IMG/VR virus record: IMGVR_UViG_3300045988_131275
Coordinates: 96,001 to 160,000 of that record
Direction: 5' to 3' (one strand)
Origin: a virus
DNA length: 64,000 bases
The translations under genes were made by a program, and so were the position numbers. This document shows, piece after piece, positions 1-9,457 of this stretch. Below the pieces are notes generated by a model. The model did no database searches and had not been told where the DNA came from. It was given only the letters and a program-made list of their open reading frames with translations. Position 1 is the first letter of the stretch; every line of letters begins with the position of its first letter.

Positions 1-312
1 CTTTAGTCCAATTACACCATCTCTTGATTTCATGAGAGGTAAATCCATACAATGAAAACTCAGAAGTCGTCCAGGCATTGTAATTCTGTATAATTCTTTT
101 GCAAGATATTTAAAATGATTGTAAAATTCTTCATCTCCTTTACAATTACCCATATCTCTATCTGAATTAGAGTACACATATAACTGTGAAAATGGTGGTG
201 AAAAGATAGTGTAATGGATGCTATTATCTGGAATCTCCTTAGTAATTTCTACACTATCTCCATGATAAAGTGCATATCTGTTTGCTACTGCTTGATCAAT
301 TACGTTCATCAT
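1..312 (-). CDS. DNA methyltransferase, amino (N6-A/N4-C) type, 5' part only (gene runs off window)
   Basis: Own minus-strand translation MMNVIDQAVANRYALYHGDSVEITKEIPDNSIHYTIFSPPFSQLYVYSN...; SPPF fits catalytic motif IV (D/N/S)PP(Y/F); ATG overlaps helicase stop (TAATG). Confidence 0.7.
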   Translation of the reverse strand, partial: MMNVIDQAVANRYALYHGDSVEITKEIPDNSIHYTIFSPPFSQLYVYSNSDRDMGNCKGDEEFYNHFKYLAKELYRITMPGRLLSFHCMDLPLMKSRDGVIGLK

Positions 313-1676
313 TATTCAAATTCCTCCCAATTTGGTAATTTCATTGTTGTATTTGCTTCGTATGGTGTAGTAAGTCTACACGTTGATTTAAGCTCTTTCT
401 TAGTAATTTCTTTAGTTAGATTAATCATTGCATCTCTCATAGTAATAAAATCTAACTGTTTTCTTTCAATGTTCTCTTTTACGCAACCTTCTTTTGCTGA
501 AATAATTATGTATACATTGACCTCTTGAGTCTGACCAAAACGCCAACATCTTCTTACAGCTTGATAATACTGTTCAAAACTATCAGAAAGACCAGTAAAT
601 ATAACATTGTGACAATTCTGCCAATTCATCCCGTATCCTGCTAATTGTGGTTTGCTGATAAGACATTTTAATTTTTCATCGGAAAATGATAGCATTGTTT
701 CACTCTTATATTTATTCTTATCACTTCCTTGAACATTTTTACTTTCTTCAATCAACTCATTTAATCTGTCACCTTCTGCATTAAGATCACACCAAACTAA
801 CCACTGTTCATCTGAACTATTTACTAAATCTGCTGCTTTTTTACATCTTAATTCAAGAGTTTCTTTTCTTGCATTCCTACGTTCCGTTAATGTGAGTGAT
901 TCAGTAATTGGTTTATCCCCATCAACTATAATTTCATGAATATTCAAGTTAGGTAATTCATAATCCGTACCGTCATATCCTAAATTTGATGGGTTATCAA
1001 TAAATACAGACCAACTTGCCATCCATTGCCAAAATACATCTTTTGCGTGACCTTTTAATCTCCACTTAGATGTTTGACCACCATCATGAACAAAGAACAT
1101 TGATAGCATCTCTGAACGTGTCATAACTCCACAAAATTCAGAATGATTTCCCAACTCCATATAATCATTTGGAGCAGGTGTTGCAGTACAAGCTAATTTA
1201 TAGGGAACATTTTGGAAATTCTCGATAATAGAAGTCCTCACTTTACCAGTGTAGGATTTAAGAATTGAACTCTCGTCTAAGACTACTCCAACAAATTCAT
1301 TTGCTACGAATTTATCTAGTTTCTCATAGTTTGTAATATTAATTCCATTAATACAATCTTCCTGTTTCTCACATACTTTTGCATTGTAATGGAATTTTTC
1401 AGCTTCTCTCTTTGTCTGATCCGCAACCGATAGAGGTGCAAGAATCAAAACTTTACCGCCCGTATGTAGATGTACTTGATGCGCCCATGATAATTGCATT
1501 GGTGTTTTGCCAAGTCCACACTCTGCAAAAATACAAGCTCTACCTTTTGCTAACGCCCATCTTACTACATCTTTCTGAAAGTCAAATAGCATGGGATTTA
1601 GTTTATCTTTATCAATATTAAATCCGCTACTTTCCAGAACATAATCTTTTTGTTTTAGAAAATCTTCGTAATTCAT
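312..1676 (-). CDS. SNF2/DEAD-like superfamily-2 helicase
   Basis: GLGKT (motif I), VLDESS (motif II), CTATPAPN (III), QAVRRCWRFGQ (VI). Confidence 0.85.
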   Translation of the reverse strand: MNYEDFLKQKDYVLESSGFNIDKDKLNPMLFDFQKDVVRWALAKGRACIFAECGLGKTPMQLSWAHQVHLHTGGKVLILAPLSVADQTKREAEKFHYNAKVCEKQEDCINGINITNYEKLDKFVANEFVGVVLDESSILKSYTGKVRTSIIENFQNVPYKLACTATPAPNDYMELGNHSEFCGVMTRSEMLSMFFVHDGGQTSKWRLKGHAKDVFWQWMASWSVFIDNPSNLGYDGTDYELPNLNIHEIIVDGDKPITESLTLTERRNARKETLELRCKKAADLVNSSDEQWLVWCDLNAEGDRLNELIEESKNVQGSDKNKYKSETMLSFSDEKLKCLISKPQLAGYGMNWQNCHNVIFTGLSDSFEQYYQAVRRCWRFGQTQEVNVYIIISAKEGCVKENIERKQLDFITMRDAMINLTKEITKKELKSTCRLTTPYEANTTMKLPNWEEFE

Positions 1677-1700
1677 TCAATCTCCTTTTATTTATATTTA

Positions 1701-2078
1701 TTATTGTTTATATTTTTCTATAAAATCTAATTCTTCATTAGATTCCATTCTTTCATATTCTTTCATCCACTGACGAGCAGAATATCTATTATTATTTATA
1801 TGATTCCATAAATTCTTATCAAACGGTTTATCACATTCACAAATAAGCACGTGTTGACAAAATAAAAATATTTGACGGGAATATTCGGCAGAATAGCCGC
1901 GAAGTTTAGAATTTGAAATATACATTGTGTCATATAGATAACTATAATTGTCAGCTAAAATAGAATCATATATTTCAGTTTTTGCATTCCAATAACAACA
2001 AACTTTATAATACAAATCATTCATTTTATCTGGTGGATGTAAGTATATCTGACTTTTCCATTCATAATGATCTAACAT
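1701..2078 (-). CDS. hypothetical protein
   Basis: packed co-directional ORF, no motif recognised. Confidence 0.55.
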   Translation of the reverse strand: MLDHYEWKSQIYLHPPDKMNDLYYKVCCYWNAKTEIYDSILADNYSYLYDTMYISNSKLRGYSAEYSRQIFLFCQHVLICECDKPFDKNLWNHINNNRYSARQWMKEYERMESNEELDFIEKYKQ

Positions 2079-2308
2079 ATATCACCATGCCCTCTTACAG
2101 ACTCAATTTTCACAATTACAGGTCTATATTGATTTTTACCTTTTCTTTTATCTGTGATTTCTTGCAATTTATCAAATAAAATTGGAAGTCCGTATTCTGT
2201 ATACCAAACGTCACTGTATTGTTTTACTTTTCCTATATAGCCATCTCTATCTACTGCTAAAGTATAATAATCTACTTTCCACATATGATTTCTCCTACCA
2301 AAGATCAT
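2072..2308 (-). CDS. hypothetical protein
   Basis: packed co-directional ORF overlapping neighbour by 7 nt. Confidence 0.55.
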   Translation of the reverse strand: MIFGRRNHMWKVDYYTLAVDRDGYIGKVKQYSDVWYTEYGLPILFDKLQEITDKRKGKNQYRPVIVKIESVRGHGDIC

Positions 2309-2310
2309 CC

Positions 2311-2523
2311 TTATCGTTTGCGTTCGTTCATCATCTGATCCAGTCTTTTCCCTATATTCTTAGATGCTATATCACGTATGAATAAATCAATTCTATTACA
2401 GCAATCATCACATAAATGTAATTGTACTGATTTGAATTTGCCATTTGAATGCATCATTGGAATATAATATTTGTCTAAATACTCTGATTCTTTGCCACAT
2501 AAGTCACAAATATATTTAATCAT
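2311..2523 (-). CDS. small zinc-ribbon-like protein
   Basis: CDLCGK ... CDDCCNR, two Cys pairs. Confidence 0.55.
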   Translation of the reverse strand: MIKYICDLCGKESEYLDKYYIPMMHSNGKFKSVQLHLCDDCCNRIDLFIRDIASKNIGKRLDQMMNERKR

Positions 2524-2552
2524 GTATTATTTCTCTCCTTGAAATAAATTTT

Positions 2553-2696
2553 TCAACTCCATAAATCTTCTGCAAACATTACCGCAAAAGGAATTACCAT
2601 AAACCAAACCGTATCAGAATTTTTCGTAATTAACATTCCCCCGATAGAAATTACTGCACATAAAATCCATATAATATACATAGTTAATTTATTCAT
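2553..2696 (-). CDS. small membrane protein (47 aa)
   Basis: Own translation MNKLTMYIIWILCAVISIGGMLITKNSDTVWFMVIPFAVMFAEDLWS; ATGA overlap with upstream stop. Confidence 0.45.
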   Translation of the reverse strand: MNKLTMYIIWILCAVISIGGMLITKNSDTVWFMVIPFAVMFAEDLWS

Positions 2697-3061
2697 TTCT
2701 TATCCTTCACAATCTTCACAGAATAACCAAGAGCTTCTTCAATATCTTCTAATGTCATTTCTTTTGGTTTTTGTTCAAACGTTACTGACTCACCATTAAT
2801 CAGTAAATCATTTGGAAATAATCCTGAAATCTTGATGTTGTTACATATGCTTAATTCGAGATCTACCTTATCTAGTACATTATCCATATGACCAATTACA
2901 ACATTTCTAACATAAGCATATGTATTGCCAACGTCCAATTTGACATCTAGCAGAAATGTTTTATCTGATTTCCTAAGTTCCATATCTACGATTTTAACTA
3001 ATCTCATACCAAGTTCCTCTTTTAAAATTTTTGTATTTGTCATGATATTCCTTTCAACCAA
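2693..3061 (-). CDS. hypothetical protein
   Basis: packed co-directional ORF. Confidence 0.55.
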   Translation of the reverse strand: MVERNIMTNTKILKEELGMRLVKIVDMELRKSDKTFLLDVKLDVGNTYAYVRNVVIGHMDNVLDKVDLELSICNNIKISGLFPNDLLINGESVTFEQKPKEMTLEDIEEALGYSVKIVKDKK

Positions 3062-3512
3062 ATGTAATTACTCCACCTGGATATTCTTTAAAAAATTGTG
3101 ATACTCTTTCTAATTGCTTATTCGTCAATGTGAAATATCTTTTTCGTAAAAATTTTCTCAAACATCTACGACTTCTAATAATTCTTCGTGGATAATTAGA
3201 AATTCTAAATGTATCATGGTATTCAAGAACATTAGTATATAATTTTGAGCATTTTTCAATTTCCTTATATGTTCTATCCATACCTGAGCCATAACCTAAT
3301 TGCCACCAATAAAATCCATATACACAAGGGATGTTTTCATTATATGATTTCATAAGAAGATTATATAAATTCTTATCGTATAATCCATTTTCAATATTCT
3401 CTTGTGAATTACCTGTAAAATAATATATTTCTATTGGTGCATATTCTTTCATTTTCTCAAACTCTTCATCAGTAATTGGTCTGCTAAACCATGTATGACA
3501 TCCCATTTCCAC
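3054..3512 (-). CDS. hypothetical protein
   Basis: packed co-directional ORF. Confidence 0.55.
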   Translation of the reverse strand: MEMGCHTWFSRPITDEEFEKMKEYAPIEIYYFTGNSQENIENGLYDKNLYNLLMKSYNENIPCVYGFYWWQLGYGSGMDRTYKEIEKCSKLYTNVLEYHDTFRISNYPRRIIRSRRCLRKFLRKRYFTLTNKQLERVSQFFKEYPGGVITFG

Positions 3513-3612
3513 ACCTCCTATGAAAGATTTCTTTCATCTTTATTCAAACGATGCACCAGCTGCAACACACGTAAGTAAAATAAAGCTCACAATACAAATA
3601 ATTTTAATCATA

Positions 3613-3768
3613 CTATTCATTCCTTTCCAAATTAAAATATACAATTTCTTTACCAAGCTCCATTGCTTGTTCAATTCTTTCTCTCGTAGATTCTCTTTTT
3701 CTTTTGTGATGCCATGATAAACTAGAACATTTTATAAATTGCTTACACCATTTAAGATCTTTACTCAT
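3613..3768 (-). CDS. hypothetical protein (51 aa)
   Basis: Internal Met (MSKDLKW...) of track ORF 3613..3921, starting just after stop of 3773.. gene. Confidence 0.4.
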   Translation of the reverse strand: MSKDLKWCKQFIKCSSLSWHHKRKRESTRERIEQAMELGKEIVYFNLERNE

Positions 3769-3772
3769 ACTT

Positions 3773-4096
3773 TTAGCCAACATAATCTTTATCAAAATAC
3801 GGACAATTCTTCCACTCATTACTTTCTGCGAATTTACAACTTTCTGCAATACATGATTTTCCGATATAATCAGGATGTCCACATGACGGGAAATTAGGAT
3901 ATAAAATATCTTTAACTCCAAATAAAGCTGCTAAATCTGGTTCTACAAATTTTGGTTCACCTTTTGGGGCATAATGACGAATATTTTTTGGAATATCATC
4001 TAAACTATCATAAATATTAAAAGTTTCTGATACGCCATCAATCACCCTATAAATAGATTTAACACCATTAGTTACATAACGAATATCTAAGCTCAT
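3773..4096 (-). CDS. hypothetical protein
   Basis: Track ORF 3773..4177 trimmed to MSLDIRYV start, which has GGAG about 9 nt upstream. Confidence 0.5.
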   Translation of the reverse strand: MSLDIRYVTNGVKSIYRVIDGVSETFNIYDSLDDIPKNIRHYAPKGEPKFVEPDLAALFGVKDILYPNFPSCGHPDYIGKSCIAESCKFAESNEWKNCPYFDKDYVG

Positions 4097-4119
4097 ATAA
4101 TTTTCTCCTTTACTTAAAA

Positions 4120-4281
4120 TCAACTTTTCATTGCCAAGCAACACATTAATATTGTTATAATTATTGAAGTTGTACATGAGATAATTACATTTTCTAATTT
4201 ATTTCGATTGGCATACCATTTTGCTCCAAACATATTTAAAATAATTAACGCACCCATTATACAATAACTAATGTCGTTCAT
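4120..4281 (-). CDS. small membrane protein (53 aa)
   Basis: Own translation MNDISYCIMGALIILNMFGAKWYANRNKLENVIISCTTSIIITILMCCLAMKS. Confidence 0.35.
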   Translation of the reverse strand: MNDISYCIMGALIILNMFGAKWYANRNKLENVIISCTTSIIITILMCCLAMKS

Positions 4282-4462
4282 CGTTATTCCCTTTCATCTT
4301 ATCAGCTTCTCCACTCATACTCCAAAATCGTAAGAAATTATACTTAAAACATTCAGCAGAGAAGTCTGAATAGCTCTGCAATTTGTCTGGTTTGGCTTGC
4401 GCCCTGTAGCAATGACTGCGTTTAGGACAGTCACTACTACAACACATCGTAATATCAGGCAT
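4268..4462 (-). CDS. Cys-rich small protein
   Basis: MCCSSDCPKRSHC...; packed ORF. Confidence 0.5.
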   Translation of the reverse strand: MPDITMCCSSDCPKRSHCYRAQAKPDKLQSYSDFSAECFKYNFLRFWSMSGEADKMKGNNDERH

Positions 4463-4609
4463 TTTTCTTATCTTCTTTCTCCTTACGTTTTACGGAATCT
4501 GCTTTCATTTTAAGCTGCTCATCCTCGATTTTTCTCATCATTCCTCTAAGTTTTCCTGTTTGTTTGCATGTAATTCCCATAGTGTTTTCTCCTTTTCTTA
4601 TTTATTTAA

Positions 4610-4819
4610 TTATTCTTCTACTAAATATAAATAACTATATCCACCTGCATTCCCTACTAGTTGGCTAGTTAAGCACATTGCAATATGATTTGCGTCATAT
4701 ATTCTATTTCCTTGTCTATATTGTTTACCAAAGTTTATTTCTCCAATGCCACCTATTAATTTAGGATTATCACCACAAGCAGAATTTAATCCACTTGTGG
4801 GTTTGTAAAGTTTCCAGAA
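4610..4819 (-). pseudogene. C5-MTase target-recognition-domain-like remnant (no start codon, out of frame with upstream MTase)
   Basis: Own translation ...GLNSACGDNPKLIGGIGEINFGKQYRQGNRIYDANHIAMCLTSQLVGNAGGYSYLYLVEE*, resembling the QxGxRxY...TLT modules in the adjacent MTase. Confidence 0.45.
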
Positions 4820-6339
4820 TTAATACCTTTATACAATCTATTCAGAGCAATTTCAAAAGCACCAATTCCTGAGAAGAAACTACTTAACTTTAAGTTTTCA
4901 AATAAATACGGCATAGCTTTATATAACTCGACAAATATGTAATATAAAACATCTACAACGATACTATTTCCTGCTTGTTTATATAACTGACTATTACTAA
5001 CCATTTTTTCAGCAACGTCAAAATTATCATCTGAAAATCCCATCAATCTGAAACACTCTTTTGGTGTAAGTTTTCTAATTCTTATAGGTGATTCAATTCT
5101 ACAAACAGCTGTTTCAGTTGCAGTAATTGTTGGACAAATATTCCCATTTTCTTGAACTCTACCTCTTCTAGTTTTAGTTTTTGATTCAGGATATGATAAA
5201 TCTACTACGCCACCAATTTCACATTCAATATATCCTTTCTTTGTGGCTTGACGAATTGCAATTTTATTTCCCTCTCCCTTATTTGTTGTTACAGTTGGTG
5301 CTAAACCATTTTCATCAAACACATTTCCATTCATGCCTTTTCCAGATGGATTAATATTTCCTATCTGAATAATTTTGGGTTCTAATCCTCCTCCACCACA
5401 ACAATTCAAAGCAGGACTACAACCATCAGAAGAATATATTCTTCCTCTTTGTGGATTATCCCAGTTACCAGTATCAACAATATTTCCTAATTGCTTTACT
5501 TTATTTTCATTAACAATTCTTGGATCTTTGTAATCTCTTGCTGTTAATGTGGGACAAAAATCATTATATTCCCTTGCTTTCTCTTCTCTTTTTATCTGGC
5601 AAGCATCGTATAATAATGCATCTTTATTATTACGGCTAGTTACAAATCTTTGAACCTTATCTTCTGAAATATAAAATTTCTCATCCACTCCATCTTCTAA
5701 AATATCCTTTAACCTCATTCCGTTATCAAATGGTTCTGGATATTTGAATTTACCGTTATCTAATTCTTTCTTAATAAAAATCAGATATACTCGTTCTCTA
5801 TTTTGTGGAACACCATAATCTTTTGCATTTAAAACTTTCCAATATACGTTATATCCATATTCTTCAAGTTCATCTGTAAAAAGTTTAAATGTAGTATCTT
5901 TAAATTGTTTTCCTACAATATTTTTTACATTTTCATAAATGCCAAAATTTGGTTTATTTGCACGAATTACTCTCAAATATTCAACAAGTAATGAAGACCT
6001 TGTTTTATTAAGATTTTCCCCTCCACATTTCGGACATTTATTTCTCTCTGACCAGTGAACAGTTAGAGGATTATATTCATGTCCACAATCTTCACAAGTC
6101 CATTTAGAACCCTTTTGTTTACCTGCTACGCTGAAATCTTGGCAGGGTGAACCTCCACAAACCATATTAAAATCTGAAAGATTATTTTCATCAACTTTAG
6201 TGATGTCACCAAGATTTAAACTTTCATCTACATTATGTATTGCACAGTATGATTTAACTGCATATTTATCAAACTCACAAAAATTTACAAGTTTCCATCG
6301 TTTCTCCGATGAATTATTATTTTCAACTAAATGACTCAA
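4786..6339 (-). CDS. DNA (cytosine-5) methyltransferase, multi-TRD, motif I at C-terminus (apparent circular permutation)
   Basis: GGSPCQDFS (IV), YENV (VI), QNRERV (VIII), RKLTPKECFRLMGF (IX), QAGNSIVV (X), then FFSGIGAF (I) last; four TL-type modules CPTLTA, SPALNC, APTVTT, CPTITA; TTG start 2 codons after in-frame TAA. Confidence 0.8.
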   Translation of the reverse strand: MSHLVENNNSSEKRWKLVNFCEFDKYAVKSYCAIHNVDESLNLGDITKVDENNLSDFNMVCGGSPCQDFSVAGKQKGSKWTCEDCGHEYNPLTVHWSERNKCPKCGGENLNKTRSSLLVEYLRVIRANKPNFGIYENVKNIVGKQFKDTTFKLFTDELEEYGYNVYWKVLNAKDYGVPQNRERVYLIFIKKELDNGKFKYPEPFDNGMRLKDILEDGVDEKFYISEDKVQRFVTSRNNKDALLYDACQIKREEKAREYNDFCPTLTARDYKDPRIVNENKVKQLGNIVDTGNWDNPQRGRIYSSDGCSPALNCCGGGGLEPKIIQIGNINPSGKGMNGNVFDENGLAPTVTTNKGEGNKIAIRQATKKGYIECEIGGVVDLSYPESKTKTRRGRVQENGNICPTITATETAVCRIESPIRIRKLTPKECFRLMGFSDDNFDVAEKMVSNSQLYKQAGNSIVVDVLYYIFVELYKAMPYLFENLKLSSFFSGIGAFEIALNRLYKGINSGNFTNPQVD

Positions 6340-6518
6340 ATTCCCTTATTTTATAGGGAGTTGTACAACTACTTTATCCTAGAATTTACCTAAGCTCCTT
6401 TCTATAAACTCTGCAATGCTGCGTAAATCAGATATTCATGACTATCCGATAAAAATAATATTTCTTTGTTTCCTGGAAATAATTGGGTGATCACCCATAG
6501 AAATTTACTTGATATGTA

Positions 6519-6668
6519 TTAATCATCCCACGAATTAGGATTCATAGGACATTCAGGACATCTACAAACTAATTCTCCATCTTCGTCCGTATAATAATCA
6601 TCACCATAACCACTACATTCATAGCAGTAGTCATATGGATATTCTTCATAATCGTCTAAATCATTCAT
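6519..6668 (-). CDS. small acidic Cys-rich protein (49 aa)
   Basis: Own translation MNDLDDYEEYPYDYCYECSGYGDDYYTDEDGELVCRCPECPMNPNSWDD; ATGA overlap with upstream stop. Confidence 0.5.
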   Translation of the reverse strand: MNDLDDYEEYPYDYCYECSGYGDDYYTDEDGELVCRCPECPMNPNSWDD

Positions 6669-7116
6669 CTTTTACCTCTAATTTCTTCAAGCCCTCAATG
6701 CTCCAAGGCTCTTCGTCTTCCCATTTAATGAAACTAAAAACATCACCATACATATCTTTTGGTATATCATGACTTGCATAATCAGATATCCAAAATTTAT
6801 TACCACGTATTGGCTTGTCATAATAAACATAAAGTAAATTATCTTTATCTCTTGCAATATATTTACAATTGGATAGAAGGACATCAAGGAAGTTCTTTTC
6901 TCTTGATGTAATTGTAGGTTTCTCTACATTTTCTGATTCAGCCCATTCATATCGTCTAATTCCGCAACTTTTGTCACCAGTAGGAACATAAAATTTGCAC
7001 ATATCGCATTTAAAACTATCACAGAAAGTAATTTCACCTGACTTTGTAACTGAAAATGCATAGCCTTTACACGCAATATCTATAATTTCTTTATCAAATT
7101 TTTCTTTATTTTTCAT
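6661..7116 (-). CDS. hypothetical protein
   Basis: packed co-directional ORF. Confidence 0.55.
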   Translation of the reverse strand: MKNKEKFDKEIIDIACKGYAFSVTKSGEITFCDSFKCDMCKFYVPTGDKSCGIRRYEWAESENVEKPTITSREKNFLDVLLSNCKYIARDKDNLLYVYYDKPIRGNKFWISDYASHDIPKDMYGDVFSFIKWEDEEPWSIEGLKKLEVKDE

Positions 7117-7139
7117 TTGAATCGTCCTCCTATACTTTA

Positions 7140-7394
7140 TTACACACGTATTTTGCTTACATTTTCGTCTTTTGGCATCCGCAACGTATGATATTCAGAA
7201 TCCCTTTTACAATAAGTACGCTCAATAAAATTTAAAACTTTTAACGCATTTTCTTTATTATATGCTCCCAATACCACTGAACTATTAGCATATGTAATTT
7301 CAATATTGTTTATATGCGAATTGATTCTTTTAATTGAAATTGTTTTTCCTGCAATATCTACTAATTTTGTTCTATCTTGACTTCTTATTAACAT
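7140..7394 (-). CDS. hypothetical protein
   Basis: packed co-directional ORF. Confidence 0.55.
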   Translation of the reverse strand: MLIRSQDRTKLVDIAGKTISIKRINSHINNIEITYANSSVVLGAYNKENALKVLNFIERTYCKRDSEYHTLRMPKDENVSKIRV

Positions 7395-7426
7395 ATTTTC
7401 TCCTTTGAAATGCCAAATTCATTATA

Positions 7427-7726
7427 TCATTCGATGCTTACTTTCTTTCCAGAATACATTTTCATCCGCTTCATCTTTTTAAGAAATAGTTTCATTTCAT
7501 ATCCTGTAAGACCAACACAAGTATTTCCAATTCCTTTATCATCTCCTAAATCTGGATCATATGACTGTAAAATATGTCTACCAGATTTTTTGTATAAAAT
7601 GTCAACTTTTTGTGTAAAATTATATTTCTTATCTTTTCTTTTATACTCACACCCATACTTATCTTCTTTTTCTTTTGTAAATCCAATTTCTGCTAATTTC
7701 TCATCTACGGTTTTAAATAATTTCAT
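7427..7726 (-). CDS. hypothetical protein
   Basis: packed co-directional ORF; preferred over antisense 7410..7760. Confidence 0.55.
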   Translation of the reverse strand: MKLFKTVDEKLAEIGFTKEKEDKYGCEYKRKDKKYNFTQKVDILYKKSGRHILQSYDPDLGDDKGIGNTCVGLTGYEMKLFLKKMKRMKMYSGKKVSIE

Positions 7727-8166
7727 TTTGTGTCCTCCTCATCTTCATAGTTCATTATAATCGTAATTACCTGCACCAAAACTTTCTGAATCTGGTCGTA
7801 AATGTGACGATCGTTAGTTCTAAAATGTGAGTTTAGTTTTGCATCTTCATTGCCTTTTCTGTAGCAATCTTCCATAAAATCAATACAGTATATATCATCT
7901 TCCTTGATGATTTCACCGTTGGCTCTCCATTCAGCAATCATTTCTTCTTCGACCAGTGTATTTACAGCATCACTTGAATCCACTTTACCGTTCAGATATT
8001 CTACGCAAAGATCAATGAATCCCAACTTGTCAACGCACATATACGCTTTTGCCGTTCCAGATGTATATTCTTTGAATGCCTGCTCAACCTGTTCTTTGAA
8101 GTCCTCTGGCAGGTCAAAAATATCTACTTCCAGTCCTTTTGGAAGATTTATTGTGCAACTTCTCAT
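7723..8166 (-). CDS. hypothetical protein
   Basis: 4-nt overlap with downstream gene. Confidence 0.55.
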   Translation of the reverse strand: MRSCTINLPKGLEVDIFDLPEDFKEQVEQAFKEYTSGTAKAYMCVDKLGFIDLCVEYLNGKVDSSDAVNTLVEEEMIAEWRANGEIIKEDDIYCIDFMEDCYRKGNEDAKLNSHFRTNDRHIYDQIQKVLVQVITIIMNYEDEEDTK

Positions 8167-8201
8167 TTTGTGTCCTCCATATTTTAATTTTTATCATGAT
8201 G

Positions 8202-8588
8202 TTACTTTTTAAATCCAGAGCTATACTCAAAAGCATCATCATTGAATACAATACCTTCTTTATCACTCATACCACAAAATTCCATTTCATATTTTCTGAT
8301 ATAATTATCCATAGATTTTTGGTGCATTTCACCGAAAAAGGGATATGGGAATGTACTCACTTCATGATTTTTGACTTTATCATAATCAATTCCTTTTGAC
8401 ACACTGATATGTTTATCAAATGCTTCTTGATTAATTCTCGTCCAATCTATAATCGAGTTCATGTTAAATGTATAAGCTGTTTCAGATCCTCTCGTATACG
8501 AAACATAATCAATTACCAAATCAGTCCAGGGATATTTCTTACTTCTGAATATCATTCCTGTCTTATATTTCTCTTTATACTTTTTCAT
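8202..8588 (-). CDS. hypothetical protein
   Basis: packed co-directional ORF. Confidence 0.55.
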   Translation of the reverse strand: MKKYKEKYKTGMIFRSKKYPWTDLVIDYVSYTRGSETAYTFNMNSIIDWTRINQEAFDKHISVSKGIDYDKVKNHEVSTFPYPFFGEMHQKSMDNYIRKYEMEFCGMSDKEGIVFNDDAFEYSSGFKK

Positions 8589-9241
8589 TTACCCCTCTCA
8601 TATTTCATTCTTCTCTCTACTTCTTTATCATTTTCTTCATCATTGAAGTATTTATAAGCTAACATCATAGGATAATTAGAATCTTTAGCTCTTGGATATA
8701 ACATATATTCACACCAATTAACTCCTCCATCGTCCCTAATCCAGCTTGTATCTTCAAATAAATTGCAGAAAACATTCTGATATGAATGCTTTTTATTTTG
8801 TACGAAATGATCTTTGATAATCGTAGATTTATCATACCCACTAATTTGTACAAGAACATTCTTAACCATGACTCTTTTACCTAATCTTACAAGCCATTTA
8901 ATAAATTCTCTGTATGTTTCATCAAACACCATATCTCTTAATGCAGCATCTACGACTAAGATATATTCATCTTTCACACGCAACATTCCTCTACTTCTTG
9001 TTCTGTTTCCATGCCAATCAACAAGATTATTTGTTCTTTCTCCAAATTCATCACATGAACTTGAACCATTATATCCATTCTTTTGAATGACATATACATC
9101 CATATCTTTTTCTGAGCCAGAAACTATCGGCAAATGTGCTAATACAGTATCAAGAATGTATCTTTTTTCAACTTGTGTGCGTCCTATAGGAGATACTGTT
9201 ATTGTTCCCGTTATGTAAGTCCAACTACTCAATATAATCAC
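8585..9241 (-). CDS. hypothetical protein
   Basis: 4-nt overlaps on both sides. Confidence 0.6.
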   Translation of the reverse strand: MIILSSWTYITGTITVSPIGRTQVEKRYILDTVLAHLPIVSGSEKDMDVYVIQKNGYNGSSSCDEFGERTNNLVDWHGNRTRSRGMLRVKDEYILVVDAALRDMVFDETYREFIKWLVRLGKRVMVKNVLVQISGYDKSTIIKDHFVQNKKHSYQNVFCNLFEDTSWIRDDGGVNWCEYMLYPRAKDSNYPMMLAYKYFNDEENDKEVERRMKYERGK

Positions 9242-9423
9242 TCACTTTCATTATCATCCTCTGGTTCATTGAAGTAAATTCTGTCAATAATTTCATAAAC
9301 TTCATCAACATCGAATGTTTCTACTTCTGGAAAATATTTTCCATTACAAGTTCCACCGTGGTAACGACTTGCATTATTATTTAACCTGTGTATTAATTCA
9401 CTTCTAAATTCAAGTGTTGTCAC
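9238..9423 (-). CDS. hypothetical protein
   Basis: packed co-directional ORF. Confidence 0.5.
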   Translation of the reverse strand: MTTLEFRSELIHRLNNNASRYHGGTCNGKYFPEVETFDVDEVYEIIDRIYFNEPEDDNESE

Positions 9424-9457
9424 TTCATCACACCTCCTGAAAGCAAGATTTCATGTA

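Noticed and set aside
6340-6518. Group I intron or missing upstream exon as the explanation for the MTase lacking an N-terminal motif I
   Set aside because: All three minus-strand frames of this 180-bp spacer were translated by eye. None encodes an FxGxG-type segment. The next upstream ORFs (6519..6668, 6661..7116) are unrelated. Motif I is present in frame at the C-terminus instead.
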